A stretch of 55,344 nucleotides of DNA from Eledone cirrhosa (taxonomy: Eukaryota), in the NCBI GenBank assembly GCA_964016885.1, contig CAXHJY010000396.1, positions 1-55,344 on the forward strand, given 5' to 3'. Made by a program: the position numbers and the translations under genes. Shown here piece by piece: positions 36,501-49,499 of the stretch (positions are counted from its first letter, which is position 1; each line of letters opens with the position of its first letter). The notes under the pieces were generated by a model. The model searched no databases. It saw only the letters and a program-made list of their open reading frames with translations, and was not told the DNA's origin.

Positions 36501-39500
36501 ATAGTGATGAGCTGTTTATAGTGATGACCAGTTTATAGTGATGACCAGCTTATAGTGATGACCAGCTTATAGTGATGACCAGTTTATAGTGATGACCAGT
36601 TTATAGTGATGACCAGCTTATAGTGATGACCAGTTTATAGTGATGACGAGATTATAGTGATGACCAGTTTATAGTGATGACCAGTTTATAGTGATGACCA
36701 GTTTATAGTGATGACCAGTTTATAGTGATGACCAGCTTATAGTGATGACCTGTTTATAGTGATGACCTGTTTATAGTGACGACCAGTTTATAGTGCTGAC
36801 CAGTTTATAGTGACGACCAGCTTATAGTGATGACCAGTTTATAGTGATGACCAGATTATAGTGATGACCAGTTTATAGTGATGACCAGTTTATAGTGATG
36901 ACCAGTTTATAGTGATGACCAGCTTATAGTGATGACCAGATTATAGTGACGACCAGCTTATAGTGATGACCAGTTTATAGTGATGACCAGATTATAGTGA
37001 CGACCAGTTTATAGTGATGACCTGTTTATAGTGATGACCAGTTTATAGTGATGACCAGTTTATAGTGATGACCAGTTTATAGTGATGACCAGTTTATAGT
37101 GACGACCAGCTTATAGTGATGACCAGTTTATAGTGATGACCAGATTATAGTGACAACCAGTTTATAGTGATGACCTGTTTATAGTGATGACCAGTTTATA
37201 GTGACGACCAGTTTATAGTGATGACCAGCTTATAGTGATGACCAGTTTATAGTGATGACCAGATTATAGTGACGACCAGTTTATAGTGATGACCAGCTTA
37301 TAGTGATGACCAGTTTATAGTAATGACCAGATTATAGTGACGACCAGTTTATAGTGATGACCAGCTTATAGTGATGACCAGCTTATAGTGATGACCAGTT
37401 TATAGTGATGACCAGTTTATAGTGATGACCAGCTTATAGTGATGACCAGTTTATAGTGATGACCAGATTATAGTGATGACCAGTTTATAGTGACGACCAG
37501 TTTATAGTAATGACCAGCTTATAGTGATGACCTGTTTATAGTGATGACCAGTTTATAGTGACGACCAGTTTATAGTAATGACCAGCTTATAGTGATGACC
37601 AGTTTATAGTGATGACCAGATTATAGTGACGACCAGTTTATAGTGATGACCAGTTTATAGTGATGACCTGTTTATAGTGATGACCAGTTTATAGTGACGA
37701 CCAGTTTATAGTGATGACCAGTTTATAGTGATGACCAGCTTATAGTGATGACCTGTTTATAGTGATGACCAGCTTATAGAGATGACCAGTTTATAGTGAT
37801 GACCAGTTTATAGTGATGACCAGTTTATAGTGATGACCTGTTTATAGTGACGACCAGTTTATAGTGACGACCAGTTTATAGTGATGACCAGCTTATAGTG
37901 ATGACCTGTTTATAGTGATGACCAGCTTATAGTGATGACCAGTTTATAGTGATGACCAGTTTATAGTGATGACCAGTTTATAGTGATGACCAGTTTATAG
38001 TGATGACCTGTTTATAGTGATGACCAGTTTATAGTGATAACCTGTTTATAGTGATGACCAGCTTATAGTGATGACCAGCTTATAGTGATGACCAGATTAT
38101 AGTGATGACCAGTTTATAGTGATGACCAGCTTATAGTGATGACCTGTTTATAGTGATGACCAGATTATAGTGATGACCTGTTTATAGTGATGACCAGTTT
38201 ATAGTGATGACCAGTTTATAGTGATGACCAGCTTATAGTGATGACCTGTTTATAGTGATGACCGGATTATAGTGCTGACCAGTTTATAGTAATGACCTGT
38301 TTATAGTGATGACCAGCTTATAGTGATGACCTGTTTATAGTGATGACCTGTTTATAGTGATGACCAGATTATAGTGATGACCAGCTTATAGTGATGACCA
38401 GCTTATAGTGATGACCAGCTTATAGTGATGACCAGATTATAGTGATGACCAGTTTATAGTGATGACCAGCTTATAGTGATGACCAGCTTATAGTGATGAC
38501 CAGTTTATAGTGATGACCAGTTTATAGTGATGACCAGCTTATAGTGATGACCAGCTTATAGTGATGACCAGTTTATAGTGCTGACCAGCTTATAGTAATG
38601 ACCAGTTTATAGTGATGACCAGCTTATAGTGATGACCAGTTTATAGTGATGACCAGTTTATAGTAATGACCAGTTTATAGTGATGACCAGTTTATAGTAA
38701 TGACCAGTTTATAGTGATGACCAGATTATAGTGATGACCAGTTTATAGTGATGACCAGCTTATAGTGATGACCAGTTTATAGTGATGACCAGTTTATAGT
38801 GATGACCAGCTTATAGTAATGACCAGATTATAGTGATGACCAGTTTATAGTGATGACCAGCTTATAGTGATGACCAGATTATAGTGATGACCAGTTTATA
38901 GTGATGACCTCTTTATAGTGAAGACCTGTTTATAGTGACGACCAGTTTATAGTGACGACCAGCTTATAGTGACGACCAGTTTATAGTGACGACCAGCTTA
39001 TTGTGATGACCTGTTTATAGTGATGACCAGTTTATAGTGATGACCAGTTTGTAGTGATGACCAGCTTATAGTGATGACCAGTTTATAGTGATGACCAGTT
39101 TATAGTGATGACCAGTTTATAGTGATGACCAGCTTATAGTGATGACCAGTTTATAGTGATGACCAGTTTATAGTAATGACCAGTTTATAGTGATGACCAG
39201 TTTATAGTGATGACCAGCTTATAGTGATGACCAGTTTATAGTGATGAGCTGTTTATAGTGATGAGCTGTTTATAGTGATGACCTGTTTATAGTGACGACC
39301 AGTTTATAGTGATGACCAGCTTATAGTGATGACCAGCTTATAGTGATGACCAGCTTATAGTGATGACCAGTTTATAGTGATGACCAGCTTATAGTGATTA
39401 CCAGCTTATAGTGATGACGAGATCATAGTGATGACCAGTTTATAGTGATGACCAGTTTATAGTGATGACCAGCTTATAGTGATGACCAGCTTATAGTGAT

Positions 39501-41936
39501 GACCAGTTTATAGTGATGACCAGCTTATAGTGACGACCTGTTTATAGTGATGACCAGTTTATAGTGATGACCAGTTTATAATGATGACCAGTTTATAGTG
39601 ATGACCAGTTTATAGTGATGACCAGCTTATAGTGACGACCTGTTTATAGTGATGACCTGTTTATAGTGACGACCAGTTTATAGAGCTGACCAGTTTATAG
39701 TGACGACCAGCTTATAGTGATGACCAGTTTATAGTGATGACCAGATTATAGTGATGACCTGTTTATAGTGATGACCAGCTTATAGTGATGACCAGTTTAT
39801 AGTGATGACCAGTTTATAGTGATGACCAGTTTATAGTGATGACCTGTTTATAGTGATGACCAGTTTATAGTGATGACCTGTTTATAGTGATGACCAGCTT
39901 ATAGTGGTGACCAGCTTATAGTGATGACCAGATTATAGTGATGACCAGTTTATAGTGATGACCAGCTTATAGTGATGACCTGTTTATAGTGATGACCAGT
40001 TTATAGTGATGACCAGTTTATAGTGATGACCAGTTTATAGTAATGACCAGTTTATAGTGATGACCAGTTTATAGTGATGACCAGCTTATAGTGATGACCA
40101 GTTTATAGTGATGAGCTGTTTATAGTGATGACCTGTTTATAGTGACGACCAGTTTATAGTGATGATCAGCTTATAGTGATGACCAGCTTATAGTGATGAC
40201 CAGCTTATAGTGATGACCAGTTTATAGTGATGACCAGCTTATAGTGATGACGAGATCATAGTGATGACCAGTTTATAGTGATGACCAGCTTATAGTGATG
40301 ACCAGCTTATAGTGATGACCAGTTTATAGTGATGACCAGCTTATAGTGACAACCTGTTTATAGTGATGACCAGTTTATAGTGATGACCAGTTTATAGTGA
40401 TGACCAGTTTATAGTGATGACCAGCTTATAGTGACGACCTGTTTATAGTGATGACCTGTTTATAGAGCTGACCAGTTTATAGTGACGACCAGCTTATAGT
40501 GATGACCAGTTTATAGTGATGACCAGATTATAGTGACGACCAGTTTATAGTGATGACCTGTTTATAGTGATGACCAGTTTATAGTGATGACCAGTTTATA
40601 GTGATGACCAGTTTATAGTGATGACCAGTTTATAGTGACGACCAGCTTATAGTGATGACCAGTTTATAGTGATGACCAGATTATAGTGACGACCAGTTTA
40701 TAGTGATGACCTGTTTATAGTGATGACCAGTTTATAGTGACGACCAGTTTATAGTGATGACCAGCTTATAGTGATGACCAGTTTATAGTGATGACCAGAT
40801 TATAGTGACGACCAGTTTATAGTGATGACCAGCTTATAGTGATGACCAGTTTATAGTAATGACCAGATTATAGTGACGACCAGTTTATAGTGATGACCAG
40901 CTTATAGTGATGACCAGCTTATAGTGATGACCAGTTTATAGTGATGACCAGTTTATAGTGATGACCAGCTTATAGTGATGACCAGTTTATAGTGATGACC
41001 AGATTATAGTGATGACCAGTTTATAGTGACGACCAGTTTATAGTAATGACCAGCTTATAGTGATGACCTGTTTATAGTGATGACCAGTTTATAGTGATGA
41101 CCAGTTTATAGTAATGACCAGCTTATAGTGAAGACCAGTTTATAGTGATGACCAGATTATAGTGACGACCAGTTTATAGTGATGACCAGTTTATAGTGAT
41201 GACCTGTTTATAGTGATGACCAGTTTATAGTGACGACCAGTTTATAGTGACGACCAGTTTATAGTAATGACCAGCTTATAATGATGACCAGTTTATAGTG
41301 ATGACCAGATTATAGTGACGACCAGTTTATAGTGATGACCAGCTTATAGTGATGACCAGTTTATAGTGACGACCAGTTTATAGTGATGACCAGCTTATAG
41401 TGATGACCAGTTTATAGTGATGACCAGCTTATAGTGATGACCAGCTTATAGTGATGACCAGCTTATAGTGATGACCAGCTTATAGTGATGACCAGCTTAT
41501 AGTGATGACTAGTTTATAGTGATGACCAGCTTATAGTGATGACCAGTTTATAGTGATGACCAGATTATAGTGATGACCAGTTTATAGTGATGACCAGTTT
41601 ATAGTGCTGACCAGCTTATAGTGATGACCATCTTATAGTGATGACCAGTTTATAGTGATGACCAGTTTATAGTGATGACCAGTTTATAGTGATGACCAGT
41701 TTATAGTGATGACCAGCTTATAGTAATGACCAGTTTATAGTGATGACCTGTTTATAGTGATGACCAGTTTATAGTGATGACCTGATTATAGTGATGACCA
41801 GCTTATAGTAATGACCAGCTTATAATGATGACCAGCTTATAGTGATGACCAGCTTATAGTAATGACCAGCTTATAGTGATGACCAGTTTATAGTGATGAC
41901 CAGCTTATAGTAATGACCAGTTTATAGTGATGACCA
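33526..41936. repeat. 17-bp tandem satellite (atagtgatgaccagttt), about 495 copies
   Basis: Constant 17-bp period with recurrent point variants; 8411/17 is about 495. Confidence 0.98.
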
Positions 41937-42086
41937 TTTGTATTTCCATTTCAGGGTCAACTTCCTTTCAAAGTATTTTCCCATTATGCGCACTTTTGGC
42001 TGTATTACATTACAGACAAGCAAGCAACTACAGACTTTTAGTATTGTATAGATAATCAACTGCTACGAATGGTTTGTAGGTGTGAT

Positions 42087-42118
42087 TACACTTTGATCTT
42101 AGCCAAAAAGCCGAAAAG
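42087..42118 (-). pseudogene. U2 snRNA 5'-end fragment
   Basis: Minus strand cttttcggctttttggctaagatcaaagtgta versus U2 5' CTTCTCGGCCTTTTGGCTAAGATCAAAGTGTAG. Confidence 0.75.
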
Positions 42119-42656
42119 TACTTGCATACAGGCACGTACGTACGTATGTAGGTGTGATAGTGTACGTCGCTAGCCGAAGATATAAACAGTATATAAACAC
42201 ATAGCCACTTGTACCGTTAAAAATGAATCTTTTCATTTATAGTATTCGTTACTGGTTCACTGAATGGTTTAACGACTGTTAAATAATGGGGTGGGGGACA
42301 TTTGCTTCTTATAAGCGGGATGGTGGGGGGATATCAGTAATTGTATAGTGTAAGTTCGTAAATATGAGATTTCTTGTAATGTTTTTTTATTATCATATAG
42401 TGATATATAATGTTTTTTAATGTAAAATAAAATTATTAGATGCTCCAGCTGTTGTATCGATATGAATGACTTACAATCAAATTTCACCGGAAATAGATTA
42501 GCAAATTTAATAAGTGGGTGGGCTGGAATAAAAGCGGAGTAAGAGGGGTGGAAAAAATCTGAAAAATTAATAAGCGGGGTGGATGGTGGGGACGATTATT
42601 CAAGACCTGAGAGTATGTAATTATATCCCCTAAATCCTTATATTCCAGTATTCATA

Positions 42657-43000
42657 TGATGATGATGATGGCCCCCACTCGGTCACGAATGGCCATGGTT
42701 TTGCGCCTAGAAAGTTCCCTCCCGCGGGACAAGCCCGCGCATGGTTTGTTTTGTAGAAGACCAGTAGTCGCCCATGTATACCAGTCTCCTCTCTACGCCA
42801 CCGATGTTGTTCAAGGGAAAGGCAATGACTGATACAGCTTGGCACCAGTGACGTCGCAACTCATTTCTACAGCTGAGTAAACTGGAGCAACGTGAAATAA
42901 AATGTCTTGCTCAAGAACACAACGCATCACCCGGTCCGAGAATCGAACTCACAACCTCTCAAATGCAAGCCCAATGTTCTAACCTCTAAGACATGCACCT
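42657..43000 (-). mobile_element. tRNA-derived SINE with (ATC)n tail
   Basis: Minus strand head gagttcgattctcggaccgg, body ttgtgttcttgagcaagacattttatttcacgttgctccagtttactcagctgtagaaatgag shared with 24660-24720. Confidence 0.75.
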
Positions 43001-44283
43001 TCATATTCATATGAACTTGGAGTTACATAAAGACTTCTTTATTTTCGATCGTTGTTTATCAATATGTTATAGTTGTTTGTCCTGCTTAAAGGAACACAAA
43101 ACCAATACATCTCCAACCCACTCTCGTTTTAATTCATTTATGTTTGTTTGCCATTCTGGACAGTGTGATAAACACACCTCTCTCCACTGACTTTCATTTT
43201 ACATCTATTATTTACTGGATTGGCAGTATCAGTAGAGGGTCGGACGCCATGCTTTCCAGCATAGTTACGTCCCTTTACGATCTGATTTCAAATCCCGCCG
43301 AGGTTAACTTTGCCTTTCATCCTTACGGGGTCGATAAAATAAAGTACCAGTAATGCACTGGTAGTTTGCTGGCCTTGTGCCTAAAGTAGAAACAATTATT
43401 TACTCTCTATCATTTGACAGTCTTCTATTTCCATGCTGTCGTGTTAACGTGACAGCAAGAAAATACACATTACTAATTATTATATATCGTTTCTTATGGC
43501 GGTGGATTAGCAGAAGCAGTAGAGCATCAGACAACATGCTTTGCGGCTTTGATTACAGGTGTTGTTGTTATTATCATTATTATTATCATTATCATCTTTT
43601 GGATGCTAATAAGGGCGGTGGATTGACAGTATCGGATGAGCATCGGACAACACGCTTTGCGGCATAGAGTTACGTCCTTTTACGTTCTGTGCTCAAATCC
43701 CGCCGAGGTTAGGGTTGGCTTTCATCTTTACGGAGTCGATAAAATAAAGCACCAGTAAAGCACTGGGGTCTATTTAGTCGACTTTCCCGTCCCGCAGAAT
43801 TGTTGGCCTTGTGCCAGAATCAGAAACCATTATATATAGTTATTTTTTAACTATGACCAGTTTTAGGTTTAGTTTTCAAATTAGGGATAAGATTGGGTTC
43901 ATATATATATAAGTAACGTTTAATTTGATTGCAGTAGAGATATTATTAGAAAGTCGCTACTTTTAAAATGAAAACACTGGCTAGTTTAGACTGAGATGAT
44001 ACTAGAGATAAGATGTGGAGAGGGAGTATTAAGACTGTGATTAAATCTTGCTACCGATACAATATTGTTGTGTAAGAAAATTGAGATGGGAAGAAATGGA
44101 ATTGGTTTACCACTTTTAAGAATGGCATCGTTTCCAGGAATGATTTCATAAACAATGATATTCTTTGAAATATACGCTTCCTGTTTCAACGTCTGTTTAA
44201 AGTATTACTTTGTAAAGTAATATAAAAAGTGTTTCACATAAACATATACACACAAATAAACATACATACACACACGCACACAC

Positions 44284-44321
<38 letters not shown>

Positions 44322-44323
44322 CA

Positions 44324-44359
<36 letters not shown>

Positions 44360-44576
44360 TAAACATACATATATATATATATATGAATATACATAGATAT
44401 ATACATCTCTCTCTTCTCTCTCTCTTTCTTTCTCTTTGTGTATAATATATATATAGGCATCTACGTGTAATGGTGGTAAAAAATTTCAGCTCACCTTTGT
44501 GTGTGTATGTATGTGTGTGGTGTACACACAGACACAGACACACACACACACATATATATATATATATTTTTTTTTT

Positions 44577-44642
<66 letters not shown>

Positions 44643-44645
<3 letters not shown>

Positions 44646-44828
44646 AACAAGTATGACCCCGACGGCAGAGCTCAAGCCGTTTCGACGGCTAATTCTGGAC
44701 TCCAGAATTAGCCGTCGAAACGGCTTGAGCTCTGCCGTCGGGGTCTTCCTATTACCCACTCTACTACCCTAAGTATTGAGTACTTTGGTGCGTTATGGTC
44801 CATCTGGTTCCTTACCACATTTCCTTCG

Positions 44829-44830
<2 letters not shown>
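44643..44830. mobile_element. Short fold-back copy of the 17331-19670 family (3' half of HHR only)
   Basis: Palindrome centred at 44700; tail ending ccacatttccttcgtt matches the 17331 end; flanked by (TA)n. Confidence 0.9.
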
Positions 44831-44864
<34 letters not shown>

Positions 44865-45161
44865 TGAAACAAAATGAAAACGAAATTTCATTTCTCACTC
44901 TTAGTATGGCACTTACTTAAATGTAAGTATGCATGTATACGTACATACATATATGTATACAGACGTACAGTAGCATGCACATATATATATATATATACAT
45001 ATATATATACATATGCATACAGGTACACATACATATATGCACGTATCAGTTTAGCGGCGCTAACGTCGCTTTGTTCGTTTGTAAACAAACTGAACAGCCT
45101 GAATTAATGCCATACGGTGTTAAGGCAACCACGTCACCTTTTTGTTCAACACTGACACAGG

Positions 45162-45206
45162 AACGATGTACGAGTTTCAAGCTTGTTAGCTATCATCAGC
45201 ACCGTT
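45162..45206 (-). ncRNA. Minimal type I hammerhead ribozyme, unit 1
   Basis: AACGGUG CUGAUGA U-AGCU-AACA-AGCU-U GAAA CUCG UA CAUCGUU; 7-bp stem I; stem III palindrome broken by one change. Confidence 0.85.
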
Positions 45207-45279
45207 TACCCATCTGCCAGATAGTTGAACGTTCGAAAGTATATACTTTCCTTATGAAAATTAACGGCTGAGCAGCCTA

Positions 45280-45287
45280 ATTTGCAT
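45280..45287. promoter_or_regulatory. Octamer motif ATTTGCAT (also 45746-45753, 46212-46219)
   Basis: Exact octamer ~75 nt upstream of the HHR on the ribozyme strand in every unit; function inferred only. Confidence 0.4.
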
Positions 45288-45627
45288 ATTGAGTGAGTTA
45301 AATCGGTCAGGCATACCGAAAACGATAAATTGAAACAAAATGAAAACGAAATTTCATTTCTCACTCTTAGTATGGCACTTACTTAAATGTAAGTATGCAT
45401 GTATACGTACATACATATATGTATACAGACGTACAGTAGCATGCACATATATATATATATATACATATATATATACATATGCATACAGGTACACATACAT
45501 ATATGCACGTATCAGTTTAGCGGCGCTAACGTCGCTTTGTTCGTTTGTAAACAAACTGAACAGCCTGAATTAATGCCATACGGTGTTAAGGCAACCACGT
45601 CACCTTTTTGTTCAACACTGACACAGG

Positions 45628-45672
45628 AACGATGTACTAGTTTCAAGCTTGTTAGCTATCATCAGCACCGTT
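45628..45672 (-). ncRNA. Minimal type I hammerhead ribozyme, unit 2
   Basis: As unit 1 but with palindromic stem III ACUAGU. Confidence 0.9.
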
Positions 45673-46093
45673 TACCCATCTGCCAGATAGTTGAACGTTC
45701 GAAAGTATATACTTTCCTTATGAAAATTAACGGCTGAGCAGCCTAATTTGCATATTGAGTGAGTTAAATCGGTCAGGCATACCGAAAACGATAAATTGAA
45801 ACAAAATGAAAACGAAATTTCATTTCTCACTCTTAGTATGGCACTTACTTAAATGTAAGTATGCATGTATACGTACATACATATATGTATACAGACGTAC
45901 AGTAGCATGCACATATATATATATATATACATATATATATACATATGCATACAGGTACACATACATATATGCACGTATCAGTTTAGCGGCGCTAACGTCG
46001 CTTTGTTCGTTTGTAAACAAACTGAACAGCCTGAATTAATGCCATACGGTGTTAAGGCAACCACGTCACCTTTTTGTTCAACACTGACACAGG

Positions 46094-46138
46094 AACGATG
46101 TACTAGTTTCAAGCTTGTTAGCTATCATCAGCACCGTT
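46094..46138 (-). ncRNA. Minimal type I hammerhead ribozyme, unit 3
   Basis: Identical to unit 2. Confidence 0.9.
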
Positions 46139-46654
46139 TACCCATCTGCCAGATAGTTGAACGTTCGAAAGTATATACTTTCCTTATGAAAATTAACGGC
46201 TGAGCAGCCTAATTTGCATATTGAGTGAGTTAAATCGGTCAGGCATACCGAAAACGATAAATTGAAACAAAATGAAAACGAAATTTCATTTCTCACTCTT
46301 AGTATGGCACTTACTTAAATGTAAGTATGCATGTATACGTACATACATATATGTATACAGACGTACAGTAGCATGCACATATATATATATATATACATAT
46401 ATATATACATATGCATACAGTGTCAGTGTTGAACAAAAAGGTGACGTGGTTGCCTTAACACCGTATGGCATTAATTCAGGCTGTTCAGTTTGTTTACAAA
46501 CGAACAAAGCGACGTTAGCGCCGCTAAACTGATACGTGCATATATGTATGTGTACCTGTATGCATATGTATATATATATGTATATATATATATATATATG
46601 TGCATGCTACTGTACGTCTGTATACATATATGTATGTACGTATACATGCATACT

Positions 46655-47019
<365 letters not shown>

Positions 47020-47069
47020 ATATATATATATATATATATATTCAATATATATATATATATATATATATT

Positions 47070-47126
<57 letters not shown>

Positions 47127-47217
47127 ATATTCAAAAGGCAAACAGAAATAACAAAGCAAACGACACAGTACAATGAAGAAATATATTAGTTTTACGTTTG
47201 ATATAGTAGGAAAAGAG

Positions 47218-47253
47218 TCTTAACGTTTCGGACAGTAGTCTTTCATCAGAAAA
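47218..47253 (-). ncRNA. Minimal hammerhead ribozyme, slightly decayed paralogue of 47714-47749
   Basis: UUUU CUGAUGA AAGAC-UACU-GUCC GAAA CG UU AAGA. Confidence 0.65.
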
Positions 47254-47422
47254 TGGAATTTTAAAAAAAATTACAAAGAAATAGAAAGATTCAGGAGACG
47301 GGCAGTGGTGGAAGCGAAACAATATATATATATATTAAAATTATGTGAGAAAAAAACTAATTATGGGAATACAAACAAGATAGACAAAAAAAAGTATTCT
47401 ATCTAAACTAGCTTGCATATAG

Positions 47423-47503
47423 ATCTCTACTATTGTTTCATATGGGGAAGAATTCTTATTGGAACCACCAATAATTGAAGAATCCGCCATACTCTTCAGG
47501 GAT
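47423..47503 (-). ncRNA. Hammerhead ribozyme with long stem II (decayed stems I and III)
   Basis: AUCC CUGAAGA GUAUGG...UUAUUGG-UGGUU-CCAAUAA...CCAUAU GAAA CAAUAG UA GAGAU. Confidence 0.6.
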
Positions 47504-47578
47504 GTTTAATTCTTAAAGAGCTAATAGAAACTGAACAATATATAATATAAACTGATTAATTAATATACATGTGTTTGT

Positions 47579-47616
<38 letters not shown>

Positions 47617-47713
47617 GTGTGTGTGTGTAAAAGATAAACAGAAATAACAACACAATCGGTACAGTATATGGAAGGTATATATTAGGTTAACGTTTTAAAT
47701 AGCAGGAAGAGGG

Positions 47714-47749
47714 TCTTAACGTTTCGGACGCTAGTCCTTCATCAGAAGA
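47714..47749 (-). ncRNA. Minimal type I hammerhead ribozyme
   Basis: UCUU CUGAUGA A-GGAC-UAGC-GUCC GAAA CG UU AAGA; palindromic AACGUU. Confidence 0.8.
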
Positions 47750-47989
47750 AAGAGTGAGAAATTAGATAGATTGAGGGGATGGAATTGGAAAAAATGTCTT
47801 TAGATAAAAATAACAGGTCCATTCATGTTGACATCTTTAACCGAACTGTAGGTTCAATAGCCTCACCAACATTCAATTGGCCACGCATTGTGAGTGCGGC
47901 TACATCCTTGACATGAAATAAACGGAACAGAAAGCGGTGGAAGTCAACTAGGGAGGAGATCCTCCAAGTAAGAAGACCCTCGATTGGAT

Positions 47990-48428
47990 TATATATACTC
48001 ACACACGCATCTATGTTCAGATGTATATATATATATATACTCACACACGCATATATGTTCAGATGTATATATATATATACTCACACACGCATATATGTTC
48101 AGATGTATATATATATATATACTCACACACGCATATATGTTCAGATGTATATATATATATACTCACACACGCATATATGTTCAGATGTATATATATATAT
48201 ATACTCACACACGCATATATGTTCAGATGTATATATATATATATACTCACACACGCATATATGTTCAGATGTATATATATATATACTCACACACGCATAT
48301 ATGTTCAGATGTATATATATATATACTCACACACGCATATATGTTCAGATGTATATATATATATACTCACACACGCATATATGTTCAGATGTATATATAT
48401 ATATACTCACACACGCATATATGTTCAA
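47990..48428. repeat. 40-42-bp minisatellite, about 11 copies
   Basis: Unit actcacacacgcatatatgttcagatg(ta)n. Confidence 0.95.
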
Positions 48429-49230
48429 ATGAAAGAAACCAGTGTTTTGTATTAATTGGAAACCAAAGAATGTTAAGGAAAACTAACAGTTGTCTTTGTT
48501 TTGTTTTGTTATTGTCTTATATGCATCCAACCAAGAGATTGATCAGTCGATCTGTTGCAGAAACTGACATGTGCAGTACCACCTTAATGTGCAAAGCTGC
48601 ACTGCCAGTAAGATGGGTGACGGGGTAAAGATGCAGCTGTTCTGTGTAACTATATGCATTTTCTGCTAAAACAATTTTTTAACGTTCCCCTTAAAAAAAT
48701 TGTTTTGGGTTTTGCCTGGTTTTCATTCGTTGTCTTATCCTCTCTGTTAATTTTCCTAAGTTTATCATCAATAGTCTGTGACGAACGTGTTATCCCCCTC
48801 CCTCCTTAATTTAAATTGCTTACATTTTTTAACACGATATCTTATTTTCTTCTTCTTGCTTTTTTTCTTCAATTTCTTTTCTTCTTTTTTTCCCCTGTTT
48901 CATTCCCGAGACAATTTTCCCTGGCGTTACGTGGAATTCTATGTGTACTTGTTATCGTGTAATTGCTATGAATTAATGTTTTGTCGCTCGTCTCTTACTC
49001 TACTGAACAGCGTTTGGCTTGTGTCAGACGCTGTGACTCTGAGTGGACCAGCAGTACCGTTGGTAGAGGTCGAAACTGTCAAAGTCCATCTCAAAAGCCG
49101 ATGAGCCTGGAATTCTGTGTCTGGAGTTTGTATTTTCATTTTTTTAAAAACAATTGTTTAAAAAACTGTTTTTCGTTTTGCCTTATTTTCGTTGTCTTGC
49201 CCTCTCTGTTAATTTTCCTAAGTTTATCAT

Positions 49231-49319
<89 letters not shown>

Positions 49320-49499
49320 GATAGGGGCGAAACTTTCTAATATTAGTTTGTCTAACTTGTATTCCTCCATGGATGTTTTGGCATTAGATAAACTATGTTT
49401 TAAATGCTTCTTTGATTCTTTTCATTGAGATTTCTAAGTATATTAGTGACCAATAACTTTCTGTCTGCAATATATATATGATGGCAGCATCTCGATTTC

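Larger units (their letters stand above)
44861..46655 (-). mobile_element. 466-bp tandem array (3.3 units) plus inverted partial unit, HHR in each full unit: candidate non-LTR retrozyme
   Basis: Identical ORFs at 44874, 45340, 45806 (period 466); 46420-46655 is reverse complement of ~44924-45158; flanked by (TA)n. Confidence 0.9.

Noticed and set aside
33526-41936. CRISPR-like array or C/D-box (RUGAUGA) RNA cluster
   Set aside because: Units are contiguous with no unique spacers, no cas genes, eukaryotic context, and no regular D box or terminal stems
43986-44200. Possible host exon on minus strand (KQEAYISKNIIVYEIIPG...)
   Set aside because: Short, no recognisable homology or partner exons; cannot be supported without a search
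44874-46203. Repeated 66-112-aa ORFs in the 466-bp units
   Set aside because: Run through TA/CA microsatellite, no recognisable domain; repetition reflects the DNA repeat
47990-48428. CRISPR-like repeat or repetitive protein ORF
   Set aside because: Intervening sequence is only variable-length (TA)n; simple minisatellite
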